Positions 9,181 to 19,680 of a stretch of 64,000 nucleotides of DNA are shown in pieces. The notes under the pieces were generated by a model. It was not told where the DNA came from, did not search any database, and was given only the letters and a program-made list of their open reading frames with translations. The translations under genes were made by a program, and so were the position numbers. Source of the DNA: Dehalococcoidia bacterium (GTDB lineage: Bacteria > Chloroflexota > Dehalococcoidia > SM23-28-2 > RBG-16-64-32). Every line of letters starts with the position of its first letter. Position 1 is the stretch's first letter. The stretch spans positions 1 through 64,000 of the forward strand of contig CAXXTF010000002.1 in NCBI GenBank assembly GCA_963665775.2. The letters run 5' to 3'.

Positions 9181-10386
9181 ATGGGTACCCTCACAAGGAA
9201 GGCAGCCATCGTCGGTGTTAACGAACACCCCTTGCGGGTGGCTCCCGGCTACACGGAGCCGCGAATGGAGGCCGAGTGTGCCCGAGCGGCCCTGGAAGAC
9301 GCCGGCCTGACCCTTAAAGACGTGGACGGCTACTTTGGAGTCACCGCTCCGGTAGAGAATATGAGCGCCGTTACGATGTGCGACTATCTGAACATAAACC
9401 CCAAGATCGTTGGCGATACCAATATCGGCGGCTCAACCTTCGTATATAATGTCCTGGAGGCGGCAGCCCTCATCGATGCTGGCCTGATGAACGTGGCGCT
9501 CATCACCTACTCGCAGATCACCTCAAGTAGTCGAGGATTAAGCTGGGCCTACGGCCACGGCAGGCAGATAACTCCTGGCACTCAAGGGGCGAGGAGGATC
9601 CGGCGGGAGCCCTGGTGGACGGGCTCATTCGAGGCGCTCTACGGATCGATCACCACGTCCCGCTACGGGCTGGTGGCCTCCCGCCATATGCATGACTATG
9701 GCACCACCAGTGAGCAGTTGGCTGAGATCGCTGTGGCGACTCGCTACCACGCCTCCCTGAACCCGGAGGCGAAGTACCGCGACCTGATCACAGTGGAGGA
9801 CGTCGTCAACTCCCGGATGATCGCCTCGCCCTTGCACCTGCTGGATTGCTGCATCATCTCCGATGGTGGCGGCGCTGTGGTGGTGGCCAGTCCGGATGTG
9901 GCCAAAGGTTGCAAACATCCCCCGGTATGGCTCCTGGGGGGTGCGATGGCGGTGGAGCACCGCGGCGCCGGCTACCGCGACTATACGAGGATCGCGGCCG
10001 CTAGTTCGGGCCCTCGTGCCTTTGCCGACGCGGGGGTCACCCCCGACGACGTCGATCTCTGCATGTTGTACGATTCCTTCACTATCACTGTCTTGACGAC
10101 CTTGGAGGGGCTCGGGTTCTGCAAGATCGGCGAGGGCGGGCCCTTCGTCAGCAGCAGGAGCTTAAGGCTGGATGGCGATCTGCCTCTCAACACCGATGGT
10201 GGGGGGCTCTCGTCCAACCATCCGGGTGCGCGGGGGATCTTCCTCCTGCTTGAGGCCACGCGGCAACTCCGGGGCAAGGAAGGGGAGCGGCAGGTCAAAG
10301 ACTGTAAGATCGCTGTGTGTCACGGCACCGGTGGAGGTCTGGGCACACAACACAGCGGGGCCACAGTGCTCTTGGCCAAGGATTAG
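9181..10386 (+). CDS. Thiolase-like protein (SCP2/Ltp2 type, no canonical Cys)
   Basis: LHLLDCCIISDGGGAVVV, LYDSFT, LNTDGGGLSSNHPG; TNIGGST at the usual Cys loop. Confidence 0.9.
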   Translation: MGTLTRKAAIVGVNEHPLRVAPGYTEPRMEAECARAALEDAGLTLKDVDGYFGVTAPVENMSAVTMCDYLNINPKIVGDTNIGGSTFVYNVLEAAALIDAGLMNVALITYSQITSSSRGLSWAYGHGRQITPGTQGARRIRREPWWTGSFEALYGSITTSRYGLVASRHMHDYGTTSEQLAEIAVATRYHASLNPEAKYRDLITVEDVVNSRMIASPLHLLDCCIISDGGGAVVVASPDVAKGCKHPPVWLLGGAMAVEHRGAGYRDYTRIAAASSGPRAFADAGVTPDDVDLCMLYDSFTITVLTTLEGLGFCKIGEGGPFVSSRSLRLDGDLPLNTDGGGLSSNHPGARGIFLLLEATRQLRGKEGERQVKDCKIAVCHGTGGGLGTQHSGATVLLAKD

Positions 10387-10595
10387 CTCAGCCCGATCTC
10401 GCTCAAGACGCGGAAGAGCGCTCTAAGGGCCGCCTGTGAGTCCCGCTTCTGCTGACGCGAAACAGCCGCACACTATGACTTCAGTGCCTGCTGCTGCTCC
10501 CCGTCGCAACCGTGCTGGCCACCCGGCGAGTCGTGGTCCCTCCTTTCTAGCCATGAGGGCCGATAGGATATCGACACACCACAGGGCAGCAGCTT

Positions 10596-10625
10596 GAGGA
10601 ACCGCGCGGAGTTTTGGACCCCACA
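10596..10625 (-). repeat. Copy of dispersed ~30-bp TGT-ended repeat (transposon-end-like)
   Basis: Reverse complement TGTGGGGTCCAAAACTCCGCG; preceded on + by cac cac agg gca gca gct tga (HHRAAA*), resembling an rve-integrase C-terminus. Confidence 0.55.
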
Positions 10626-10729
10626 GCCTAACAGAATCGAGGTAAGGTGTTATCAAGGACGCTCAGTAAATGCCGCTTGACACATCTATGGAGAATGCTT
10701 CAGTCTAGTCACCTAATGGATGAGAGCCT

Positions 10730-11119
10730 GTGAGCAAGCTCATAAGTTTCGATATCGATGGCACGCTGGAGGTTGGTGATCCGCCGGGGATGGTCACCAT
10801 TGACATGGTGAGGAGGGCCAAGGACTCAGGGTGGCTGATAGGCAGTTGCTCCGATAACACCATCGCCAGCCAGCGGGCTATGTGGGAGCGCCATGATATA
10901 CTCGTGCACTTCACCGTCCTGAAGCACAAGCTTGTGACGGTGCGGGACCAGTTTGAGGCCGAGGCTTACTTCCATATTGGCGATACCGATATCGATCGCT
11001 TCTTCGCGGTCGGCGCGGGGTTTGAGTTCATTCCCGTCGCCGAAGTCAGCGAGCCCTGGTTGCTGGACCTCATCGACCAGCGCCCGCGGGGTACCGATAC
11101 GCCATCCGTATCTGAATGA
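10730..11119 (+). CDS. Small HAD-superfamily hydrolase
   Basis: ISFDIDGTL motif I and HIGDTDID motif IV. Confidence 0.8.
   Translation: MSKLISFDIDGTLEVGDPPGMVTIDMVRRAKDSGWLIGSCSDNTIASQRAMWERHDILVHFTVLKHKLVTVRDQFEAEAYFHIGDTDIDRFFAVGAGFEFIPVAEVSEPWLLDLIDQRPRGTDTPSVSE
11085..11115 (+). repeat. Copy of dispersed ~30-bp repeat
   Basis: CGCGGGGTACCGATACGCCATCCGTATCTGA; forms the last codons of the HAD gene. Confidence 0.7.
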
Positions 11120-11484
11120 GCCGCGCAGTCAGTCACGTCCTAATCTGGGTCATCAGGTTGAAACGGGAAATCCCGGTTTAGATGTCACAGGCGAAGCTGG
11201 CAGCTTGATGGTAGGGACAAGTTCAAAGAGCTGATCCTTTGTGCGTCGGACGTACACCAAGCGATGAAAGCTCTCGGTAACGCCAGACAGTTCGGAGTCT
11301 CGCCGTCGAAGGGGAGAGCCCCTTGACGATCAGCGTTCTTTGGAATGGCTTTCTACTGAGAGCGAAAACGAATGGCTCGGATTGGCGTGCGGGTGAGGGT
11401 TAGACCGCGACCTGATGGACGGGAGTGAAAGAATGGGCCCGGTAGTCTGGGTGTCGCTGATCCAAACGACTGAGGCTAGCTCTA

Positions 11485-13131
11485 ATGTCCGTGGATAATC
11501 AGGACCAACCGCTGGGCGCGATTCTCAGCAGTGGCCGGAAGCTCTTAGTGCTCTTCTCCCTCGCACTGGTCGCGTTCGCGACAGGGCTGAGCCAATTCAT
11601 TACGACAACGGCGATGCCCCGGGTGCTCGCTGATCTCGGTGGGTTTGACCTTCTGACTTGGGTGTTTACGTCCTACCTGCTGGCCACTACGGTAGCCATC
11701 CCTGTGGTTGGCCGCCCCTCCGACATGTTTGGGCGGAAGCCATTTATCATCGGTGGCCTCATCATCTTCGTAGTTGGTTCTACACTTTCCGGTGCCGCCC
11801 CATCTATGCTTTTTCTTATTGGGGCTCGCACGTTCCAGGGTGTCGGCGCTGGAGTTGTCACAGCGACGGTCTTCGCCGCCATCGCCGAGCTCTATACGCC
11901 CATCGAGCGCGCCAAGTACATCAGCTACGTGTTGGCTCTGCTCACAGTGGCGACGCTCTCAGGCCCCGTAATTGGCGGGTTTATCACTGACAACTTCGGC
12001 TGGCGCTGGGTTTTCTTTCTTAACATCCCGACCAGTATTATCGCGGGGGTGGTGCTAATGATTAATATGCCCCACACAAAAAGGGGTGGCCGGCTGTCCA
12101 GCATCGACTTCGCGGGAGCGGCACTCCTTACCGTCGCGACCGTATGCCTCATGCTTGCCATCATCTGGGGGACTGACGCGTACGGTTGGATCTCCGCTCA
12201 AACGATTGGTCTGTTCGCCGGCGCGGCGGTCTTCAGCCTCGCCTTTTATGTGCAGGAGAGCCGTCACCCCCAGGCTATCTTCCCCACCTACCTCTTCCGC
12301 AACCGGGTCTTTACCCACGCCAATATCATGATTGCTGTCTCGTCCGCGGCCATGTTTGGCGCTATCGTGTACCTGCCTACCTTCTTCCAGGTGTCGCTCG
12401 GTGCCTCCGCGACGGTCTCCGGACTCATCTCGATGCCCCTCGCCCTTGGTACCCTGGCTGCCAGCGTCACTGCCGGGCAGGTTATCGCCCGTACTGGCCG
12501 GTACAAGTACCAGGTCATGGTCGGGACCGGTTTCGCCATCGTCGGTGCTATCCTTATGCAGACCATTGGACTGGGCGATCCTAAGTGGCAGATCGCCGCT
12601 CTCGTGGTTGTCTTCGGCCTCGGCTCCGGCTTGGTCGCCCCCACCATGTCCGTCATTGTCCAGAACTCTCTCCCTGTGCGGTTAACGGGAGTCGCGACCA
12701 GCTCCCGTCAGTTCTTCAGACAAATAGCGATGACCCTCGGCGTAGCTATACTCGGGATCATCTTCACGACCACCTTTGGCTCCGCGTTCTCGGCGAACAC
12801 CTTGGGCCAGGTCCAGGAAGAACTCCCTACCGCTATCTACGAGCGCTTCGAGGATGCCACTATCGCCCTCGACGAGGAGAGGTTTGCTGAGGTGCGTGGT
12901 GAGGTCCTTGCACTCCCCGGCGGTGAGGCTCTCCTGGACCTGACGCTGGACGCTCAGAAGCGTGCGGGGCTCAGCGCCATTCACCGCGTCTTCCTGGTCT
13001 CCATGATTCTCGCCCTTATCCTGCTAGCCCTAGCCATTGCCATGAAGGAGATTCCGCTCCGCCGTACGTTCTCTGAGGAGGAAGAGCAGCCTGAAGAGAT
13101 CAAGGCCGTACCGGAACCGGACACCCGATAG
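11485..13131 (+). CDS. MFS drug:H+ antiporter (DHA2, EmrB/QacA type)
   Basis: About 14 hydrophobic segments; WVFTSYLL, GR.SDMFGRK, GPVIGG..TD..GWRWVFFLNIP, IDFAG. Confidence 0.9.
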   Translation: MSVDNQDQPLGAILSSGRKLLVLFSLALVAFATGLSQFITTTAMPRVLADLGGFDLLTWVFTSYLLATTVAIPVVGRPSDMFGRKPFIIGGLIIFVVGSTLSGAAPSMLFLIGARTFQGVGAGVVTATVFAAIAELYTPIERAKYISYVLALLTVATLSGPVIGGFITDNFGWRWVFFLNIPTSIIAGVVLMINMPHTKRGGRLSSIDFAGAALLTVATVCLMLAIIWGTDAYGWISAQTIGLFAGAAVFSLAFYVQESRHPQAIFPTYLFRNRVFTHANIMIAVSSAAMFGAIVYLPTFFQVSLGASATVSGLISMPLALGTLAASVTAGQVIARTGRYKYQVMVGTGFAIVGAILMQTIGLGDPKWQIAALVVVFGLGSGLVAPTMSVIVQNSLPVRLTGVATSSRQFFRQIAMTLGVAILGIIFTTTFGSAFSANTLGQVQEELPTAIYERFEDATIALDEERFAEVRGEVLALPGGEALLDLTLDAQKRAGLSAIHRVFLVSMILALILLALAIAMKEIPLRRTFSEEEEQPEEIKAVPEPDTR

Positions 13132-13261
13132 CGGGGCTTGCCTAGCGCTAGTGCTGCTGGGCATGCGGCCCTCCCATGAGGCGAGTCCTCTCCCGTCGAG
13201 ACCTCCTTTCGGCGCAGACTGGGCCGTGTAACGAGATAGCCGCCGCTTGAGGGAAGAAACC

Positions 13262-13350
13262 ATGGCGGATCAGACCGCCGACGAGCCCCCCGCACCGATC
13301 CCCGTGCCGCCCGATTTTCCAGTCACCTGGGAGCACCCGGACGACATCCG
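13262..13350 (+). pseudogene. N-terminal remnant, possibly of a PEP-utilising enzyme-like protein
   Basis: SD plus MADQTADEPPAPIPVPPDFPVTWEHPDD, then protein-like character is lost; family recalled, not verified. Confidence 0.4.
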
Positions 13351-13417
13351 GGCGGTGGTCGAGCCGGTGCTGATCCCACGCCTGGCCCCGACTTGCTCCC
13401 GCGAGGCTCAGTATTCT

Positions 13418-14056
13418 TCAGTCGAACCAGAAGATCCACACGTGAAAGGGCGGAACAACCTCACTTAAGACAACCATTATGATGCTGACCAGGGCAAGGA
13501 GCCGGAGCGTCTTGAAGGGAGAGCGCTGCTTCGTCCCAGCGCTTGAACTGTCCGTAGGCAACGCCGCGAAGGTAACGCTAGTTGGGCTCGCGTACTGCCG
13601 GCTGCCGCGCTCGATGTTAGCCTGGCGTACCCGTTCGGCCGCCTTGTCCGACAGTCGTTGCCCTTCCTCAAGAGAAATCGTTAAATCGCAGGATTGACAC
13701 CTGTACCATTCCGCTTTCTCCGGCTTGCCCATGTCGTCGGCCCTATCCCAGTGGGGGACGAGCGTTGTGTGGGTACAGGGCCCCGATGACGTTCCTTCTG
13801 AAGCTGAGCCCATCCCCTCTCCGATGGCCCAGGACCAGAGCTCCCCGATGGGCGGCAGGGGGCTCCAATACCCCTTGAGAACGTCGTTAAGAGAGGAGAG
13901 GTCGCTAATGAGGAGGCCGAGGAGCAGGATGGGCACGAGGAGCACGACGAGCCCGATGAGCCAACCGAACAGGATCACCACTGTTCCCGCAAAAGCCACG
14001 ATGACGCGTACAGCGAACATCAGACTTAGCCAGACGTATCTCAGAACCGCGCTCAT
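13418..14056 (-). CDS. Hypothetical membrane protein with CxH...CxxC putative Zn-binding domain
   Basis: Two N-terminal TM helices, CTHTTLVPHWD...YRCQSC, C-terminal hydrophobic helix. Confidence 0.6.
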   Translation of the reverse strand: MSAVLRYVWLSLMFAVRVIVAFAGTVVILFGWLIGLVVLLVPILLLGLLISDLSSLNDVLKGYWSPLPPIGELWSWAIGEGMGSASEGTSSGPCTHTTLVPHWDRADDMGKPEKAEWYRCQSCDLTISLEEGQRLSDKAAERVRQANIERGSRQYASPTSVTFAALPTDSSSAGTKQRSPFKTLRLLALVSIIMVVLSEVVPPFHVWIFWFD

Positions 14057-14366
14057 TTTCCCATCTTCGTACTTGCTTTGTTGTCTTCACCTCCGATGCT
14101 AGTGGCCCTTCACGTGGCTGCCAGGGTGCATATGCACCCATTTGCGGCTGACAAATGCACTAGTGCAGCGGCTTTCCAATGGGGAGGTAACCGAGGCTAG
14201 TGTCAGGACAGAAGCGTCCCCATTGCGCCTGGAGCGTGCGGGTGTCGATGGCCCGTGCCGCCGCGACGAGGTTGCCGGTCGCGGTTATATCGATGGGCGT
14301 GTCGCTCTCTGATGCTCTCCGAATAGCTTCGTCCAAGCGTCCACCTCACCCTCTCGACGCGCCCTG

Positions 14367-15323
14367 ACGGACCATCCTCTCTATGCGGGAGTTCTTTCGG
14401 TATCGGAAGTCGAGTCCGTCACAAGGTCGAATGACGTGCTCCTCATCGTGGGCTGCAAGGTGTTCGAGGACGTCTTCCCACCGCGGGCCACCTTTACTAG
14501 GAATGGCGCCAAGATTATCCAGATGGACATCGATACCTGGGAGATTGCGAAGAACTTCCCAGTAGATGTCGCCGTGGTGGCGGATATCGCAAGCGGCCTA
14601 AGCGATCTGATTGCAGAGACCAAAGAGCGACTCAACGAGGCCGACTACAAGGCTATCCACGAGAGGGCTCAGAAGGTGCAGGAGTCCAACCAGGTGACGC
14701 GGACGAGCCTGGAAGAGCAATTTAAGCGGGAAGGGAACAACAAACCCATGTCCAGACCCCGGCTGATAAAGGAGCTGGCCGAAGCGTTACCGTCCAATTG
14801 CGCCATCATTAACAGAGGTGGTGGCCGCCTCGGCCCGCCTTTCTTGCGTCTGTCGGAGCCGGACTCCTACTTTGGCATCACCGGTTGTATGGGATGGGGC
14901 ATGGGAGCAGGTCTGGGCGTCCAACTGGCGCTACCTCACAAGAAGGTCGTGGTCCTGGAAGGCGACGGCAACGCGATCATGAGCCTGCCGGCGCTGTGGA
15001 CAGCGCGCAAGTACAATATCCCGATCGTGACTGTGGTAGTCAATAATCGCGCCTACATGGCCTGTAAGTCCCTCCTTCTTTCCTACGACCAGGGCGAATG
15101 TGCGCAAAGAGGAGGGGCTCCTGACGAGGTGCTCGCGGAAATGGACATCGAAAATGTCGATTTTGTGAAGCTCGCCGAGGGGTTCGATGTTCAGGCATGG
15201 CGTGTAGAGCGGCCGGAAGAGGTGGCGCCAACGCTCGAAAAGGCGATTAGCCTTGGCAAGCCTGCCCTCATCGACGCCGTGATCGATTCGGAGGTCCCCG
15301 GTATCGGGCGCTGGGTGCCGTGA
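14367..15323 (+). pseudogene. 5'-truncated ThDP-dependent enzyme (benzoylformate decarboxylase/ALS-like)
   Basis: Frame begins at TDHPLYAG (middle domain) and has the ThDP motif GDGNAIM...VVNN; the N-terminal PYR domain is missing. Confidence 0.8.
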
Positions 15324-15384
15324 GCATTTGACGTAAAGAATGCGGGTACCGTATCATCATTCAAAGGGCCAAAAAGGAGGAGTC

Positions 15385-17187
15385 ATGGACAACAATTACT
15401 GGGCACGATACTGGCGTAACCGTCTGACGCGCCGAACCCTGCTGCGGACCACCGCGGTCGGTGCCGGCGGCCTCGTTACGGCGGCGGTCGTAGGCTGTGG
15501 GGACGACGAAGAGGTGCCGGGGGCGACTACGCCTGCCGCAACGACCCCGGGCGCCACGGCTACCCCCGGCCCAACTGCCACCGAGGCCCCACCGGCGGTC
15601 ACGCGGGGCGGAAGGTACATTACCGGCGGTTCTACTCGGAGCCCCACCACCACGGACCCTCATAAGAAAGGCGGCAGTGCCTACAGGGCCACCGTGAACA
15701 GCCGTCTGTTCACTCGGGAGACTGGCCCAGACTTCGAGTTATGGGGATCGCCGGGCGTGCCAGACGCCGTCGACACGTTCGAGCAGCCCGAGCCCACTGT
15801 CCTCATCGTGAAGCTCAAGCCTAACGTCCTGTTCGGCCATCCCATCAGCCGGGCCATGACCGCCGACGACGTCATCTACTCCTTCAGCCGTTACACCGGT
15901 GGCATCGAGGGGGTTCCCGAATCACCGGAAGGGGGAGCTACCAAGAGGATCTTCAAGTCCTGGACCAAGATAGACGATCTCACCGTCCGCTTCGACTTGA
16001 AGCAGCCCCAGGCCAACCTACTCTACTGGATGTCGGCCAGCTACACCCCCTTCCTGATGCCCGAGAATGCTGACAAGCTGTACGATGTCGATAACGTGGC
16101 GGTAGGGTCCGGCCCCTGGCGTGTCCAGAATTTCACCAATGATGTCACCCTGGTATTAGAGCGGAACCCTGACTGGTTTGGCGGACCGGAAAGGCCTTAC
16201 CTGGACCAGACCGAGAGTCTCGTTTCGGGGGACTACACCTCCAGGTTGACCCAGTTCCTGGGCGGCAACTTTATGAGTCTGGTGAATGTCCCGGGTGGAG
16301 ACCTCAAGCGGCTACAAGATACGATAGAAGGTGTGCAGCTCATCCTCAACCTTGTAGGAGACCCGGTGAACATGAGCGGCCTAACCTTCTCCCCTGAGAG
16401 GATCACCCCGAACGCCCCCTGGCGGGACCCGAGGGTGCGTCAGGCAATCTCGATGGCAATCGACCGGGATGCCATGACCGAGGCCGCCTACGACATCTCG
16501 ATTCTGCAAGCGCGGGGCTTGGACGTCGAGGTCGAGTGGAACGGCTTCATCCCGGTGGCGATGCGGGAGTTCTGGAACGACCCCAAGCGGGTGGGGCCCA
16601 ACAAGATGGATCCGGAGTCGGCCCAGTACTTCGCGTACGATCCGGAAGGGGCCAGGAACCTGCTAAAGGAGGCCGGCTACGAGGGCGGCTTCAGTGGCGG
16701 GCCCTTCTGGTACATCAACATCTTCGGCCCGGGCAGCATCACCATAGCCGAGCTGACCGCCCAGTACCTCGCCCAGGTCGGGATCAACTTCGACCTCAGC
16801 GTCGCCGACTACCGCGGCTACTACGTGCCCTCGATCCGCAACACGGGTGATTACGAGGGGATGGCCTTAGTGCCATTCGGGACGTTCGGGGAGCCAGGTG
16901 AGGTGCTGGTCGGGATGTACGTCCCCGGCGGCAACCGTAACAACGGCCAGATCGATGACCCGGTGCTGACCGCCCAGATCTCAGACATCGAGCAAGATCT
17001 GGACCCGCCGTCCCGGAGACAGAAGATTCTCGACCTCCAGAACGACCTCGCTCTTAAGATGTACTATGTGCCGATGCAGGCAGGGGCGGCGCCGGTGGCC
17101 ACCGCCTACCAGCCATATGTACAGAACGCAGTCACACATATCAGCCGGCAGGCCTATAACAATTCCTACTATTGGCTCGACCTGTAG
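15385..17187 (+). CDS. Family-5 (peptide/nickel) ABC substrate-binding lipoprotein, TAT-exported, orphan
   Basis: SD AGGAGG; LTRRTLL twin-Arg motif, VVG-C lipobox, TADDVIYSF, GSGPW, DPRVRQAISMAIDR. Confidence 0.9.
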   Translation: MDNNYWARYWRNRLTRRTLLRTTAVGAGGLVTAAVVGCGDDEEVPGATTPAATTPGATATPGPTATEAPPAVTRGGRYITGGSTRSPTTTDPHKKGGSAYRATVNSRLFTRETGPDFELWGSPGVPDAVDTFEQPEPTVLIVKLKPNVLFGHPISRAMTADDVIYSFSRYTGGIEGVPESPEGGATKRIFKSWTKIDDLTVRFDLKQPQANLLYWMSASYTPFLMPENADKLYDVDNVAVGSGPWRVQNFTNDVTLVLERNPDWFGGPERPYLDQTESLVSGDYTSRLTQFLGGNFMSLVNVPGGDLKRLQDTIEGVQLILNLVGDPVNMSGLTFSPERITPNAPWRDPRVRQAISMAIDRDAMTEAAYDISILQARGLDVEVEWNGFIPVAMREFWNDPKRVGPNKMDPESAQYFAYDPEGARNLLKEAGYEGGFSGGPFWYINIFGPGSITIAELTAQYLAQVGINFDLSVADYRGYYVPSIRNTGDYEGMALVPFGTFGEPGEVLVGMYVPGGNRNNGQIDDPVLTAQISDIEQDLDPPSRRQKILDLQNDLALKMYYVPMQAGAAPVATAYQPYVQNAVTHISRQAYNNSYYWLDL

Positions 17188-17206
17188 GCGAGAGTAGCGT
17201 AGCAAA

Positions 17207-17258
17207 GGCTGGACTAACGCCATCCATCCGGATACGGATGGATGGCGTTAGTCCAGCC
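17207..17258. terminator. Perfect 24-bp inverted repeat
   Basis: ggctggactaacgccatccatccg-gata-cggatggatggcgttagtccagcc, 20 bp after the SBP stop. Confidence 0.75.
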
Positions 17259-17529
17259 CGATGAGTGGGTTCGAGTCAGGGCAGATCGACGATCTGAAGT
17301 CCAGAAACGCGGTCGCTTGGAAAGAGCAGTAATTATGCCTCACACACGTATGGGACTTCGCTAAATGCTGGTGGCGCCGAGAACTCCATCCTGTGGGAGC
17401 AGTATCCCCTCCTGCCTACCCTCGCCTGCCCTGCGATAGGGTCACCGACCGTTCAAGCTGGGCTGACGGGACGCGCCCTTGTCGCCGTCGGGCCTGCCGG
17501 ATTGCTGTCTAGCGTCACCCTCACCAAGC

Positions 17530-17559
17530 TGAGGGGTGCCAAAACTTCATTCGTTTGTG
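17530..17559 (+). repeat. Degenerate copy of dispersed ~30-bp repeat
   Basis: TGAGGGGTGCCAAAACTTCATTCGTTTGTG. Confidence 0.6.
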
Positions 17560-17760
17560 GCAGAGTTGAAGGCCGGACACTATCTCCCCATCGTCCCCTT
17601 ATCGCATTGCTGCATCCGCCTTTGCGGCGCTGCGAGGGCCACCTCTGGGGCGGCCCACCACCGCTCGAACCCTGCCGATGGCTGCTTTCGGCGCGTCGAG
17701 TCGATTCTCCGTTAGACGCTTAGGCGGTCTCGGCCTCGAAATGGGGGCCAGAGCCCGGAG

Positions 17761-18042
17761 CTACCGTTGCTGGCCGGGGCGGCCGCGGCCGCCCGATCCC
17801 TTCGCCCGTTTTTCCAGGACGATATCCATGATGCGCCCGTTGACGGGCGTCCCGCGCAATCCGTCCATAGCCAGCCGTGCAGAGGCCTCGTCCGCCATCT
17901 CCACGAAGCCGAACTGTTTGGTCCGCCCGCGTCGGTCACTCATAACCTTCGCCGAGACGACTTCACCAAAGCTGGAGAAGGCGGCCTTCAGGTCGGCCTC
18001 CGTCGTTTCGTGCGCCATATTACCCACATACAACGTGTTCAA
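17761..18042 (-). CDS. RRM-domain RNA-binding protein
   Basis: RNP2 LYVGNM and RNP1-like KQFGFVEM, Gly/Arg tail. Confidence 0.92.
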   Translation of the reverse strand: MNTLYVGNMAHETTEADLKAAFSSFGEVVSAKVMSDRRGRTKQFGFVEMADEASARLAMDGLRGTPVNGRIMDIVLEKRAKGSGGRGRPGQQR

Positions 18043-18303
18043 TTAGCATCATCCTTATTTGGTCAGCGCGCTTCTCTCGGTCGGCAACTGCCTCCCCTGC
18101 CATCCGGATTCTCCCTCCTCGTCCGAAGCCAGGCGAGGGCCGCGATGGGCGGGCCCCACGTCGATACGCTGGTCCGGGCAGCGGCGGATTCCGATCGCCA
18201 ATGGCGTTCTGGAAAACCCGCCGAATCGCGGGGGTTGGGCGACCGGAGCGGCCGTGAGCCAGGAACGCCACTGTCCTGAACGCTGTTACCGTCGGCCTAT
18301 AGT

Positions 18304-18345
18304 GACACGGGGCCGCCAAACCTAACAGCATGGCGGCCCCGTGTC
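18304..18345. terminator. 15-bp stem hairpin downstream of the zinc-ribbon gene
   Basis: gacacggggccgcca ... tggcggccccgtgtc. Confidence 0.65.
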
Positions 18346-18363
18346 TCGGTGCCGAAACTCAGC

Positions 18364-18693
18364 CTAGTAGCGTCGTTCGGAGCCGCTGGCCCGGCCGGAA
18401 CTCGGCTGCTTGCTGAAGCAATCGCTGCAGTAGACCGGCCGGTCGCCCCGCGGCAGGAATGGGACCTGCGTATCTACGCCACAGCTGGCGCACACCGCTG
18501 GGTGCATCTCTCTCCGCGCGGAGCTGTAGCCGCCGCCGCCGCCGCCTTGCCCGGCTCGGCGTGATTGCCGGCAGGACGGACAGCGCTTGGGCTCGTTAGT
18601 GTAGCCTTTCTCGGCGTGGTACTGCTGGTCATCGGCGCTGAACACGAACTCCTGACCGCAGTCCTGACAAGTGAGATTTCTGTCGTCGTACAT
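18364..18693 (-). CDS. Zinc-ribbon / CxxC-x17-CxxC domain protein
   Basis: SD GGAGG; CQDCGQEFVF...EPKRCPSC and CASCG...VPF.P...RPVYCSDCF. Confidence 0.9.
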   Translation of the reverse strand: MYDDRNLTCQDCGQEFVFSADDQQYHAEKGYTNEPKRCPSCRQSRRAGQGGGGGGYSSARREMHPAVCASCGVDTQVPFLPRGDRPVYCSDCFSKQPSSGRASGSERRY

Positions 18694-18823
18694 CTGGGTG
18701 GCCTCCTTCCTTTGGTAGTTGGTAAAGGTCTTGGCCACCGAATCCAGGCGAGTCTACCTAACAGACGTTGGCTGGCGACTCAACGTTCACCACCTTGCCT
18801 AGTATAACACGCCCTGGGTAAGT

Positions 18824-19305
18824 TTAGATTGAACGCCTGCCTAACCCTGTCCGGGAGGCCCGCGGTTGGACGGAGTTCTCAGACCCGGAAGTGGGCCGGT
18901 GTGCGCGTACTAATTGACCTGGACGACCGTCCTGTATCCCGTCCATGGTGTCGCCCCAGGCGAAGTTGGAGTGCATAGGCAACCCGCTTTCGGGGCCATT
19001 TAGGTAGCCCCAGCCGGAGAAACCCTCGCCGATCATGCCATAGGCGGTGCGGCCGTCCAGGCGGCGGCTCTGGTAGGGGCCAGTCTGGCCGAAGTCGGAC
19101 AGGCGACAGTAGATGAGTCTGGGGTTGATGCGGTGAAGGGTCTCCCAATCGTGTCCCCACTCCTCCATCACGCCGACGCCGAAGTTCTCGATCACGACGT
19201 CGGAAAGTGCAACCAGCCGGTGAAAGAGATCGCGGCCCCAGCCTCCCGGGACACGAGATCGATGACTCGCACGCCTTCGAAGACTTGCTGCTTTGGTTGC
19301 GTCAT
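18824..19305 (-). pseudogene. Internally deleted, frameshifted CoA-transferase III
   Basis: SD plus MTQPKQQVFEGVRVIDL, jumping to SDVVIENFG...INPRLIYC..SDFGQTGPY; C-terminus absent. Confidence 0.8.
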
Positions 19306-19324
19306 GATCCTGCCTCCTTCGCCG

Positions 19325-19531
19325 TCACGGCCCAACTCTAGACAAGAACGCCACGACCCCTGAGATCGTCGATCCGTTGCTGGCTGTAGCCGATCTCGGC
19401 CAGAATCTCATCGGTCTGCTCGCTCTCATCCGGCGCCGGCCTGGTGGCGACGAACGAGTCGCCAGGTCCGGCCGCCCAACGACCTCACAGAGGTGTCCCC
19501 AGAATTGCTGCTCGATGGCCTGAAGGAGCAT
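19325..19531 (-). pseudogene. Remnant of a second CoA-transferase III (C-terminal part)
   Basis: QAIEQQFWGHLCEVVGRPDLA motif. Confidence 0.65.
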
Positions 19532-19680
19532 GAAGCGGTTTCACGGTGACCTCCTTCTGGGCTACCCCTGATCGTGAGCGGGAAGACGCCAAAGGGTGGC
19601 ATGACTTACCAGTTCCTGATTCCACTCGCGGCGCTGTCTGGACTTTCTGACATCCGAATGCGATCTTGCGCCCTATAGAG

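Noticed and set aside
17262-17282. tRNA T-loop-like GGGTTCGAGTC
   Set aside because: No T-stem closure, acceptor stem or cloverleaf around it.
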